64,000 nucleotides of DNA from Mariniphaga sp. (GTDB taxonomy: Bacteria; Bacteroidota; Bacteroidia; Bacteroidales; Prolixibacteraceae): contig JAXGYA010000002.1 in the NCBI GenBank assembly GCA_040772505.1, forward strand, positions 375,638 through 439,637, in the 5' to 3' direction. The notes beneath the pieces are model-generated. The model saw only the letters and a list, made by a program, of their open reading frames with translations, made no database searches and was not told the DNA's origin. The position numbers and the translations under genes were made by a program. Each line of letters starts with the position of its first letter. Within the stretch, counting starts at the first letter, position 1. Positions 8,678-18,080 of the stretch are shown one piece after another.

Positions 8678-10156
8678 ATGAAAAAGATATTATTAATTAT
8701 TACAGTTCTGTTTATTAGTAATGCATGTTCCGATGATTTTCTCGATCGGTATCCAAAAGGGCGCTGGCACCACGCCAATTACAAACCCGATGATGAGCTC
8801 GACAGCAGCATTTTGGTTGAAGCCAAGCTGGCACAGGTCTATGCTTCGCTTCGCAATTATGGTTTTATTTTTCCGGCATTCGGAATGCAAAACTACACCA
8901 CTCCCGATGTGGAAAAAGGCAGCACACCAAGCGATGGGCAACAAATAGTTCAGTTTAAACCAATGAGTTATACCGCCAGCAATGATCAAATTGCCGATTA
9001 TTACAGCAATTGTTATAACAGCATCTACCTAGCAAACGAAGCACTGGCGCTGGCTCTTACAGTTGATGCTGAAGCTCAAAAGAATTTGTACCTCGCCGAA
9101 GGTTTATTTCTTCGCTCGGTGATGTATTTCAGGTTAACACAGGCTTTTGGAGGTGTTCCGTATGTTGACAAAGTTTTGGGGCAGGACGAAAAAACACCCG
9201 GGCGCATGTCGAAAGAAGAAATTTGGCAGAACCTTGAACGAGATTTAAAATCAGCCATTCCAATTCTTCCAACACGAAAAATGCTGTTAAGCAGCAAAAA
9301 TGAAGGACGGGCAACACAAAATGCTGCCCGTGCACTGTTAGCCAAAATATATCTTTATCAGGAAAACTGGTCGGGAGCGCTTGGCATGACATCCGCAATT
9401 ATCAGTTCGGGTGATAACAGTTTAAGTACACCTTACGACCGGATGTTTACCGAAGCTTATGAATTCGGAGAAGAATCGGTATTTGAAGTTTACTGTGAAG
9501 AAAAACCCGCAGAAGAAATATATCTCGGCAGCCAGTTCAGCGAGATACAAGGTATTCGCGGAATTCCGAATTTGGGCTGGGGGTTCAATGCACCAAGCCA
9601 GTTATTAATGGATTCGTATGAAGAGGGTGACCCTCGCAAAGAAGCATCGATTATTTCAGATGGTGAAATTCTGGAAGGGAAAAAAGTACGGGCTGATCCC
9701 AACGGATATAAATTCTTTAATAAAAAAGCATACACTCCGGCTGCTGAGCGCGGCATTTACGGAAGACCGACTGATGGCCACGGGCAATGGATGAATATCA
9801 GGCTGATACGATATGCCGATGTGGTGCTGATGCATGCCGAAGCTGCCTGCGAATCGGGTGACATTTCCGATGCGCTCGAAAAGCTGGAAATGGTGAGAGC
9901 CCGTGCCAGGGGCGGGAACAATGCCGTGCTTCCTAAAATTACAACAACAGATAAGGATGAATTGAGGGCAAAAATCCATCAGGAAAGAAGAATAGAGCTG
10001 GCAATGGAATGGGAAAGATTCTATGATCTGGTGCGTTGGGATGAAGCAAGTTCCGTTATTCCAAATTTTGTGGTTGGCAAACACGAGCTTTTCCCAATTC
10101 CGCAAACCGAAATTGATAAATCGGAAGGAGTTATTACTCAAAATCCGGGATACTAA
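8678..10156 (+). CDS. susD: SusD/RagB family nutrient-binding outer-membrane lipoprotein
   Basis: Lipoprotein signal (LFISNACSDDFLD) and a length of 492 aa. SusD-like C-terminal motifs are present (IRLIRYADVVLMHAEA, ERRIELAMEWERFYDLVRW). It lies 11 nt after susC. Confidence 0.9.
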   Translation: MKKILLIITVLFISNACSDDFLDRYPKGRWHHANYKPDDELDSSILVEAKLAQVYASLRNYGFIFPAFGMQNYTTPDVEKGSTPSDGQQIVQFKPMSYTASNDQIADYYSNCYNSIYLANEALALALTVDAEAQKNLYLAEGLFLRSVMYFRLTQAFGGVPYVDKVLGQDEKTPGRMSKEEIWQNLERDLKSAIPILPTRKMLLSSKNEGRATQNAARALLAKIYLYQENWSGALGMTSAIISSGDNSLSTPYDRMFTEAYEFGEESVFEVYCEEKPAEEIYLGSQFSEIQGIRGIPNLGWGFNAPSQLLMDSYEEGDPRKEASIISDGEILEGKKVRADPNGYKFFNKKAYTPAAERGIYGRPTDGHGQWMNIRLIRYADVVLMHAEAACESGDISDALEKLEMVRARARGGNNAVLPKITTTDKDELRAKIHQERRIELAMEWERFYDLVRWDEASSVIPNFVVGKHELFPIPQTEIDKSEGVITQNPGY

Positions 10157-10165
10157 AAACAATAA

Positions 10166-11788
10166 ATGATGAAGAATGTAATTTTTTCCCTGTTTGTCTT
10201 ATTCAGTCTGGTTGCCTGTGGCGAAAAATCCGAGCCGACAACTGTGGTTGATAAAAACGACGATACCTATTCGCCGGCAAAGGTGCAACCGGTTTTGGAG
10301 GAATGGCATCGTAAAACCTTCAGCTATTTTTATGAGGGTTCTGACCCGTTAACCGGAATGGCATATGAAGGAAACGAGCGTGGTTCGATCGTAACTATCG
10401 GGGGCAGCGGCTTTGGAGTAATGGCACTTATTGTTGGTTCTGAAAGAGGTTGGATAACCCGTCAGCAGGCAGCAGAGCGCACCCAAAAAATTGTGCGTTT
10501 TTTAGGAAAAGCCGAACGGTATAAAGGAATGTGGTCGCACTGGTACAACACCGATGGAACCGCCGCCCCTTTTGGAAACCAGGTAAAAACCAGCGATGTG
10601 GTTGAAAGTTCATTCATGATGGCCGGACTGCTTACTGCTGCTGAATACTACACTTCAAGTTCTCTAATAGAAGCTGAAATACGCGACTCGGTTAACTCTT
10701 TTTGGAATACCATGGACTGGAAGTTTTATGCTCAGTCGGGCAAGGAGTTAAAATGGCTGTGGTATTCACTTGAAAATCGTTTTGAACTGAACATCAACGG
10801 TTGGCACGAAGGGTGGATTGGCTATATTCTGGCTTTGGGAGCTCCTGATAAAAATGCTATTTCAGAATCGGTTTACAGGCAAGGGTGGCAAAGGAACGGA
10901 GATTTTTACTATCCAAACCGAAAGTTTTACGGCTATGAACTGCCTTTGGGCGAAGAGAAAGGTGGTCCGCTGTTTTTTGCCCATTATTCGTTCCTGGGCT
11001 TAAACCCGCAATTGCTGGAAGACAATTATGCCAATTACTGGAAACAAAATGTTGCGCACACTATGATTAACCGGCACTATTGTATTGCCGAAGCACCAAA
11101 ATCATATAAATATGACGAGAAAAACTGGGGTTTAACCGCTTGTTACGGCGGAAAACCGCCATGGGAATACAAAGCACGTTCGCCGTTAAACGATGATGGA
11201 GTTATCGCTCCAACCGCAGCTTTGGCATCTTATCCGTACACCCCGTTTTACAGCACCCAGGTTTTGCTTAACCTGGCTGAAATGCCGTTAGTTCACGGAA
11301 CCTACGGATTTGCCGATTCATACAGTCCTGCAACAAACACCTCTGAAAAAAGGCACCTTGCCATCGATCAGGGGCCAATCGTTGTGATGATGGAAAATTA
11401 CCGTTCAGGATTAATCTGGAATCTGTTGATGAGAAATGAACACGTTCGAAAAGGATTAAGCCGCGCCGGTGTAAAAGAAAAACCCGAATATGAACAGGGA
11501 TTTCATCTGGCAATGTTAAATACTGAAACAGAATTGTATGACATGATGCGGCATCCCGACAGAAAACAGTTTGAGCTCCATTATTTTGTTCAAAACACCG
11601 GAAATGTGCAGTTCACAATAACCAATAAATCGCTTAATAAGGTGGTTCTCGAAAAATCTGTTCAGGCAACTGCCGGAGAGCAAATTTTTGAGTTCGACAG
11701 TAAGGAAATTATCAATGGGGAAACGCATATCATAAAAATGATTACATCTGACAATAAGGAGTATTCAATTTTAACAAAACTGAGATAA
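10166..11788 (+). CDS. Glucoamylase-like (alpha/alpha)6 glycoside hydrolase lipoprotein, probably GH144 endo-beta-1,2-glucanase family (DUF3131 type)
   Basis: Lipobox (LFSLVACGEK). Motifs I associate with this family are present: GGSGFGVMALIVGSERGWITRQQA, GFADSYSP and AIDQGPIVVMMENYRSGLIWNLLM. It sits in a PUL next to GH3. The family assignment is from memory and has not been searched. Confidence 0.6.
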   Translation: MMKNVIFSLFVLFSLVACGEKSEPTTVVDKNDDTYSPAKVQPVLEEWHRKTFSYFYEGSDPLTGMAYEGNERGSIVTIGGSGFGVMALIVGSERGWITRQQAAERTQKIVRFLGKAERYKGMWSHWYNTDGTAAPFGNQVKTSDVVESSFMMAGLLTAAEYYTSSSLIEAEIRDSVNSFWNTMDWKFYAQSGKELKWLWYSLENRFELNINGWHEGWIGYILALGAPDKNAISESVYRQGWQRNGDFYYPNRKFYGYELPLGEEKGGPLFFAHYSFLGLNPQLLEDNYANYWKQNVAHTMINRHYCIAEAPKSYKYDEKNWGLTACYGGKPPWEYKARSPLNDDGVIAPTAALASYPYTPFYSTQVLLNLAEMPLVHGTYGFADSYSPATNTSEKRHLAIDQGPIVVMMENYRSGLIWNLLMRNEHVRKGLSRAGVKEKPEYEQGFHLAMLNTETELYDMMRHPDRKQFELHYFVQNTGNVQFTITNKSLNKVVLEKSVQATAGEQIFEFDSKEIINGETHIIKMITSDNKEYSILTKLR

Positions 11789-11820
11789 ACAAATAAATAT
11801 TATTAACAATTTTAAAATGT

Positions 11821-13770
11821 ATGATTATGAAAAGAATGATTTTTACTTTAAGTATTGCTCTTTTTACCTTTGCGGGTTTGTTCGCACAGGGTTTGGAAGA
11901 CATCCTGCTGGATGACTTTGAAAGTGGCGAGGTAAGTTTTACCGAAGAGGTAAATGTAAACCCGCCTGCACACATGGATGTTGCTGTGGTTGATAATCCG
12001 GTAAAAGACGAGGTTAACCCCAGCAACAAAGTTTGGGAGTGGAAACGTTACGATGCTGAATCGTCCAACGTAAATTGGGCAGGATTTTATGCAACGCTGA
12101 AAAATGAGATTCCCAATGGTTACCATCGCATTGAAGTAAAGTATCTGCGCACAAATGCAACTTCGCAACTAAGAATTAAATGTGAAGGAGCGGTTACCAA
12201 AGAGATAGATCCCGTTACACCGGCTTCAAAAACAAATGAATGGGAAACCATGGTTTTCGATCTTACTGAAAATGAGATTAAAAACATCAAAATTTTCTCA
12301 ATGTTTCCCGATTACTATGAACCAATTGACCCGACTGCAGTAACCTACATCGACGACATTAAAATCATTTACGATGAATCGTTAACTCCGCCGCCGGCTC
12401 CAACAACGCTTGTTTTGTTTGACAACAGTGCCGACGACCGCTTTTACGATCAAAGTTGGTCAACCAAAACTGCGCCAAGCACATTGGTTCAGGAACATTG
12501 GGAAGGCCCCGGCTTACCTGATGGGGATAAGCTTCCCGTTGTAACCGATCCGGTTAAAGCAGGCGCAAACGCATTAAAACTGCAATGGAAATCAGCCGAA
12601 GGTGGTTCATGGATGGCTATGGTTGCATCTATTGGTTGGAAAATGTTTGACTTAACAACAATGGATACCTTAAAATTCTGGATTTATTCGCCTGAAGCAT
12701 TACCAAAGTCAGCTTTGCCAAAATTCTATTTCGAAGCGGGAGCCGGTGACCCAAACAAAACCGGGAAACTAATGCTTGCCGATTATGTTGATGCTGACCT
12801 GATTGCCAATACATGGACTGAAGTTAATATTTTATTAAGCGATGTTTGGGATGCCGATGAAACATTTACGGCAAAAGACCTTATTAAAGGTATTTTCTTT
12901 GAACAAAATGCAGCCGACAATGTAGAGCATACGTTGTACATGGACGAATTTATTTTCAAAGCCAAAGAAGTTCCGGCTGTTACTTCGGTTTTGTTTTTCG
13001 ATGACAGTGCCGACAACCGGTTCCACGATCAAAGCTTTTCAACCAAAACTGCGCCAAGCACATTGGTTCAAGAACATTGGGAAGGTCCCGGCTTACCCGA
13101 TGGTGATAAACTTCCCGTTGTAACCGAACCGGTTAAAGCAGGCGCAAACGCATTAAAACTGCAATGGAAATCGGCAGAAGGTGGTTCATGGATGGCTATG
13201 GTTGCATCTGTTGGTTGGAAATCGTTTGATTTAACCGGCATGAAAACACTAAAATTTTGGATTTATTCACCGGTTGATATGGCCAAATCAGCTTTGCCAA
13301 AATTCTATCTCGAATCGCATAGCGGGAATCCTAATAAAACGGGAAAACTGCTGCTTGCCGATTATGTTGATGCTGACCTGGCAGCCAACACCTGGACTGA
13401 AGTAAATATTTCTCTTGCAGATGTTTGGGCGGCAGATGAAACATTTACTGCAAAAGAGGTCGTGAAAGGTATTTTCTTTGAGCAAAACTTAGCTGACAAT
13501 ATTGAACATACTCTGTACATGGACGATTTTATATTTGTAAGTACTGCAACCGGCATCACCAGTCCGGTTATTAAGCCTGAAATTCATGCTTACTATTCCA
13601 ATGGTGAAATCAGAATTTCGAATTACTCGGGTAATGTGAGGGTATTTGATTTGCTTGGAAGAAAAGTTGCTGAAGGTCCGGCTTACGATGGCATTTTCAG
13701 GGTTAACCTGAAAACAGGAATTTACATTGTAAACACAACCAAAGGAAACACAAAAATCGCGTTGCAGTAA
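11821..13770 (+). CDS. Secreted three-module CBM-like (jelly-roll) protein with a T9SS C-terminal sorting domain
   Basis: SPI-type signal (FTFAGLFAQG, no lipobox Cys). One N-terminal module is followed by two ~190-aa tandem modules. The C-terminal ~80 aa match the T9SS CTD pattern (VRVFDLLGRKVAEGPAYDGIFRVNLKTGIYIVNTTKGNTKIALQ). It is the fourth gene of the PUL. Confidence 0.7.
   Translation: MIMKRMIFTLSIALFTFAGLFAQGLEDILLDDFESGEVSFTEEVNVNPPAHMDVAVVDNPVKDEVNPSNKVWEWKRYDAESSNVNWAGFYATLKNEIPNGYHRIEVKYLRTNATSQLRIKCEGAVTKEIDPVTPASKTNEWETMVFDLTENEIKNIKIFSMFPDYYEPIDPTAVTYIDDIKIIYDESLTPPPAPTTLVLFDNSADDRFYDQSWSTKTAPSTLVQEHWEGPGLPDGDKLPVVTDPVKAGANALKLQWKSAEGGSWMAMVASIGWKMFDLTTMDTLKFWIYSPEALPKSALPKFYFEAGAGDPNKTGKLMLADYVDADLIANTWTEVNILLSDVWDADETFTAKDLIKGIFFEQNAADNVEHTLYMDEFIFKAKEVPAVTSVLFFDDSADNRFHDQSFSTKTAPSTLVQEHWEGPGLPDGDKLPVVTEPVKAGANALKLQWKSAEGGSWMAMVASVGWKSFDLTGMKTLKFWIYSPVDMAKSALPKFYLESHSGNPNKTGKLLLADYVDADLAANTWTEVNISLADVWAADETFTAKEVVKGIFFEQNLADNIEHTLYMDDFIFVSTATGITSPVIKPEIHAYYSNGEIRISNYSGNVRVFDLLGRKVAEGPAYDGIFRVNLKTGIYIVNTTKGNTKIALQ
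12409..13540 (+). repeat. Intragenic tandem duplication with a 579-nt period (two units)
   Basis: Anchor strings recur at exactly +579 nt: tgcgccaagc at 12471/13050, and tacatggacga at 12937/13516. I count about nine substitutions over the first ~175 nt of the best-conserved stretch (12461 onward versus 13040 onward). Confidence 0.9.
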
Positions 13771-13803
13771 AAACATTTAAAATTGCTTCCCGGTAAAACA
13801 AAA

Positions 13804-13845
13804 ATTAAAGACTGACCAGGTTCAACGGGTCAGTCTTTAATTTGC
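13804..13845 (+). terminator. Rho-independent terminator after the CBM/T9SS gene
   Basis: A perfect 14-bp stem (attaaagactgacc / ggtcagtctttaat) is followed by ttt. Confidence 0.7.
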
Positions 13846-14037
13846 TTGCAAACTTAACATTCAATGTTATATCTGTACAATGGTTTTTTGAAAGATGCAA
13901 CGCTCAAACGGCATTTAATTACAAAGATTTGGTGATGTATTTTGCCGGCAACCCTGCCGGTTATGGGAGTATTCTTTATATCGGTGAATGTTCAAATTCA
14001 TTCCGGATGGAAGTAGAAAAATAAAAATCAGATAATT

Positions 14038-16332
14038 ATGAAGAATTTACTGTTTTTGGCAGTTGTTTTTGGAGTATTCATTTCGTGCGGGCAGCATGAA
14101 AAAGAATCGGAAATGGACCGGTTTATCAACAGCTTGATGAGTGAAATGACCATTGAAGAAAAGATCGGGCAACTGAACTTAGTGACACCAGGCGGTGGAA
14201 TCTTAACCGGCTCGGTGGTCAGCAGCGATGTGGAAGCCAAAGTGAAAGCCGGTAAAGTAGGCGGAATTTTTGGTATTTACGGGCCCGATAAACTGCGGCA
14301 GGCACAGCAAATGGCTGTGGATGATAGCCGGCTCGGAATCCCGATGCTTTTTGGCGCCGACGTGATTCACGGCTACAAAACCACGTTCCCCATTCCGCTC
14401 GGACTTTCATCAAGCTGGGACATGGAACTCATTGAAAAAACAGCCCGCATTGCCGCTCAGGAAGCCACTGCCGACGGCATTTTCTGGAACTTCTCGCCCA
14501 TGGTTGACATTGCCCGCGATCCGCGATGGGGCAGAGTGGCAGAAGGAGCAGGGGAAGATCCATTTCTTGGGTCGCAAGTTGCCGAAGCTATGGTTCGCGG
14601 TTACCAGCAGGACGATCTGGCGCGGGAAAATACCATGATGGCAACTGTGAAACACATGGCGTTATACGGCGCTTCTGAGGCAGGTCGCGATTATAATACA
14701 GTGGACATGAGCCGCAACCGGATGTTTAATGATTATCTGCCGCCATACAAAGCGGCTGTGGAAGCCGGCGTAGGGTGTGTGATGTCGTCGTTTAACGACG
14801 TGGACGGTATTCCCGCTTCCGGAAACCGGTGGCTTATGACCGAACTGCTGCGCGAACAGTGGGGATTCGGTGGGTTTGTGGTTTCGGACTACACTTCTGT
14901 AAATGAGATGACTGACCATGGATTGGGAGATTTGCAGGCGGTGTCGGCGCTGGCACTTAAAGCCGGGCTCGACATGGATATGGTGGGCGAAGGATTTCTG
15001 ACTACGCTTGAAAAATCGCTGGAAGAAGGGAAAGTGACGGAAGCGGAAATCGACCTCGCTTGCAGCCGGGTTTTGGAAGCGAAATATAAACTGGGCTTGT
15101 TCGACGATCCGTATAGGTATTTCGATGAATCGCGCCCTGAAAAGGATATTTTAAGTGCAGAAAACCGGCAGGCAGCACGGGAGGTTGCAGCCCGTTCGTA
15201 TGTCCTGCTGAAGAATGCCAGGCTGCCGGGGCAGAAGAATCAGGTATTGCCACTGAAAAAATCAGGTACCATTGCCCTGATTGGACCATTGGCCGACAAT
15301 AAAAACAACATGCTGGGAACGTGGGCGCCAACCGGCGATCCCCAGCTTTCGATTCCGGTGCTGGAAGGGATGAAAAATGTGGCCGGCAATGAGGTGAATA
15401 TACTTTATGCCAAAGGCGCCAACATTTCCGATGACGTGGCTTTGGCTGAAAAAGTGAACGTTTTCGGCACACGAATCGACATAGACGAACGCTCGCCGGA
15501 AGCGATGCTGCGCGAGGCCGTGAACATTGCCCGACGCGCCGATGTAGTGGTGGCAGTTGTTGGCGAAGCCTCCGAAATGAGCGGCGAATCGGGCAACCGG
15601 ACGAACCTGAATATTCCTGAAAGCCAGAAAAAACTCATTCGTGCGCTGGCAAAAACCGGAAAACCACTGGCGCTGGTGACCATGAGCGGACGCCCCTTAA
15701 CGCTGGAAGAAGAAAATTCGCTGGCTGATGCCATTTTACAAGTCTGGCACCCGGGCGTGGAAGCCGGAAACGCCATTGCCGATGTGCTGTTTGGTGAGTA
15801 TAATCCCTCGGGAAAACTGACCATGACCTTCCCGCGAAATGTGGGGCAGGTTCCCATTTATTATGCGCACCGCAACACCGGCAGGCCGCAGGATGGCGAT
15901 GAGTTTCAGAAATTCCGCAGCAATTATCTGGATTCACCCAACTCGCCGCTGTTTCCGTTTGGTTACGGGTTGAGTTATACCACCTTCGGTTACAGTGAAG
16001 TTTCGCTTAATAAAACGACAATTACTGTAAATGAGATACTTGAGGCTAAAGTTACGGTTGCCAATACAGGCAACTATGACGGAGAAGAGGTGGTGCAGTT
16101 ATATATCCGCGATGTGGTAGCCAGCATAACCCGTCCGGTGAAAGAATTGAAAGGGTTTCAGAAAATTTTCCTGAAAGCCGGCGAATCAAAAGAGGTCAGC
16201 TTCACCCTTTCAGAAGAAGATTTGAAGTTTTACAACTACGATTTGGATTTTGTGGCAGAGCCCGGCGAGTTTATCGTTTTTATTGGTGGCAACAGCGAGG
16301 ATGTGAAGCAAGCAAGATTTCTTCTGGAGTAA
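14038..16332 (+). CDS. bglX: Glycoside hydrolase family 3 beta-glucosidase (BglX-like), periplasmic
   Basis: 764 aa with a signal peptide ending in Cys (VFISCGQ). GH3 motifs are present: IGQLNLV, GIPMLFGADVIHG, RDPRWGRVAEGAGEDPFLG, GFGGFVVSDY (nucleophile region) and GYGLSYTTF. Confidence 0.95.
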   Translation: MKNLLFLAVVFGVFISCGQHEKESEMDRFINSLMSEMTIEEKIGQLNLVTPGGGILTGSVVSSDVEAKVKAGKVGGIFGIYGPDKLRQAQQMAVDDSRLGIPMLFGADVIHGYKTTFPIPLGLSSSWDMELIEKTARIAAQEATADGIFWNFSPMVDIARDPRWGRVAEGAGEDPFLGSQVAEAMVRGYQQDDLARENTMMATVKHMALYGASEAGRDYNTVDMSRNRMFNDYLPPYKAAVEAGVGCVMSSFNDVDGIPASGNRWLMTELLREQWGFGGFVVSDYTSVNEMTDHGLGDLQAVSALALKAGLDMDMVGEGFLTTLEKSLEEGKVTEAEIDLACSRVLEAKYKLGLFDDPYRYFDESRPEKDILSAENRQAAREVAARSYVLLKNARLPGQKNQVLPLKKSGTIALIGPLADNKNNMLGTWAPTGDPQLSIPVLEGMKNVAGNEVNILYAKGANISDDVALAEKVNVFGTRIDIDERSPEAMLREAVNIARRADVVVAVVGEASEMSGESGNRTNLNIPESQKKLIRALAKTGKPLALVTMSGRPLTLEEENSLADAILQVWHPGVEAGNAIADVLFGEYNPSGKLTMTFPRNVGQVPIYYAHRNTGRPQDGDEFQKFRSNYLDSPNSPLFPFGYGLSYTTFGYSEVSLNKTTITVNEILEAKVTVANTGNYDGEEVVQLYIRDVVASITRPVKELKGFQKIFLKAGESKEVSFTLSEEDLKFYNYDLDFVAEPGEFIVFIGGNSEDVKQARFLLE

Positions 16333-16346
16333 TTCTGATTTGAGAA

Positions 16347-17516
16347 TTACCCGTTTATCTCTTCCAATGTTTTCCAACATTGGTACATGCCGCGCGGAAC
16401 GTGGAAACACCCTTTCCATTTGCCGCCTTTCAGGTCAAGCAGCACATCGCCTTGGCGGTTGAGATATCCCCACCATTCCGGATGTTCAGGGTCTTTGAAA
16501 TGCGACCAGGTGTAGTCATGCACCTTCTCATACCAGTGCAGACACTCTTCGTTTTTGGTGAGCCGGTATCCTTTCAGCAAAGAGATTAGGGTTTCGATAT
16601 GCACCCACCACAGTTTCTGGTTCCACTCTAATTGCTGTGTCGGATGACCGAGGCGGTCCATGAAATAGAAAATGCCGCCATACTGCTTATCCCATCCGTA
16701 TTCAATCATGGCAAGCGTTGTTTCAACCGCTTTTTCAACAAGCTCCTGCCGGTATAGCCGCTTTCCCAAATCCATGATAAACCACATGGCTTCAATGGCA
16801 TGCCCCGGATTGATTAGCCGTCCGTCAAAAGTGTCGGAGAGTGAGCCATCAGTATTTACATTTTCCACGATAATCCCGTCCAACTCCGGACGGAGAAAAA
16901 CTTCCATCACCTCATGGATACACTCATCCATCGTTTTTTGAAGAATTTCTTCATCTAACAGATGTTCAACTTCCAGCGCAAGGTTGCTGAGAATCATGGG
17001 CAAAGCAAAATTTTTCAGTTTGCGTGTCCCGGGATATACTTTGTTCCATCTGCCTTTGGGATTATCCACTTTGGAAAGAATAATGTCGAATGTGCGTCTG
17101 GCAATATCGGCATATTCTTGATTTCCGGCAGCTTTGCTGAGCTGTCCGAATGCCATGGTGGCAAAGGTGTAGGAGAAAATATTATAGGGTTCTACCAGCG
17201 GACTTCCTTCGCGTGTGAGCGAAAAATACCAGTTCAGATTGCCGTCATGTCCATAGTTTTTCAGAAATTCTGCTCCCTGTATGGCGCAGTCTAACCACTC
17301 CTGCCGTTTTTCCACATTATTGTAAAGCATGGAAAACATCCACACTTGACGCCCCTGCAACCAGACAAATTTATCGGTGTCAAACACATTGCCCTTACGG
17401 TCGAGACAGGTGAAATAGCCGCCATACTCTTTATCCTGTGAGTTTTTGAGCCAAAATGGAAGAACGTTGTTTAGTAGCTCATTTTTGTACTGTTGTTCAA
17501 GCTTTTTAAAATTCAT
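16347..17516 (-). CDS. N-acylglucosamine 2-epimerase (AGE / renin-binding-protein family)
   Basis: Strong motif identity to mammalian RENBP as I remember it: YGGYFTCLDRKGNV, FVWLQGRQVWMFSMLY, NPGHAIEAMWF, TQQLEWNQKLWWVHIE and KGGKWKGCFHVPRGM. Confidence 0.9.
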   Translation of the reverse strand: MNFKKLEQQYKNELLNNVLPFWLKNSQDKEYGGYFTCLDRKGNVFDTDKFVWLQGRQVWMFSMLYNNVEKRQEWLDCAIQGAEFLKNYGHDGNLNWYFSLTREGSPLVEPYNIFSYTFATMAFGQLSKAAGNQEYADIARRTFDIILSKVDNPKGRWNKVYPGTRKLKNFALPMILSNLALEVEHLLDEEILQKTMDECIHEVMEVFLRPELDGIIVENVNTDGSLSDTFDGRLINPGHAIEAMWFIMDLGKRLYRQELVEKAVETTLAMIEYGWDKQYGGIFYFMDRLGHPTQQLEWNQKLWWVHIETLISLLKGYRLTKNEECLHWYEKVHDYTWSHFKDPEHPEWWGYLNRQGDVLLDLKGGKWKGCFHVPRGMYQCWKTLEEING

Positions 17517-17529
17517 AATCTCTGATTTT

Positions 17530-17985
17530 TTATTTTTTTACTTTACTCAGCCAGAATCGTTCGATATCTTCCAGCGATTTACCGGCAGTTTCCGGTATCA
17601 GTTTCCACACAATCAGCATGTAAGGCACACACATTAAGGCAAACAGGAAGAAAGTCCCGGCAGGAGAGAGTGTTTCCAGCATCCAGGGTGTGAGCTGCCC
17701 TATGAGGTATGTGCCCACCCATAGCGACAGCGTGGCAACCGACATGGCTTGTCCGCGCACCCTGGTCGGATACATTTCAGAAAGGAATACAAAAATTACG
17801 GCGCTGATTGAACCGGCAGTAAAGAAAATGTAGGCCAAAAAACAGATCAGCGAAAACTGCTGAGTAACCTGTGTCACAGTACCCGATATGACGGCAGTAT
17901 CATACCCGAAAAGCAGTCCCCCTAACGCTGCCACAAAGGAGATTAAGGTTACGTATTTGATATTCAGTCGCTTTTCGTTGGTCAT
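17530..17985 (-). pseudogene. MFS sugar-porter remnant with a ~330-aa in-frame internal deletion
   Basis: The 151-aa ORF joins the TM1 signature (LGGLLFGYDTAVISGT) directly to the C-terminal sugar-porter signatures (LSEMYPTRVRGQAMS, PETAGKSLEDIERFW). Full-length family members such as E. coli XylE are about 450-490 aa. Confidence 0.7.
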
Positions 17986-18080
17986 CGGACAGTTCTTTAA
18001 ACGTATTGAAAATTAGTTTTTTATACTCTTAATTCTAAACGAAACCCGGTTAAGACTAACGTACAAAGTAAATAAAAATA

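Noticed and set aside
13842-14024. A 60-aa TTG-initiated ORF between the CBM/T9SS gene and GH3.
   Set aside because: It begins inside the terminator tail, has no ATG start or promoter box, and its translation is not protein-like. This region is probably the GH3 promoter.
14219-15937. Six minus-strand ORFs of 64-156 aa tiling the GH3 gene (for example 15002-15472 and 15405-15857).
   Set aside because: They are antisense to a gene with unmistakable GH3 motifs, overlap one another and have Arg/Pro/Ser/Cys-rich low-complexity translations. They are the expected by-product of locally G+C-rich, stop-poor DNA.
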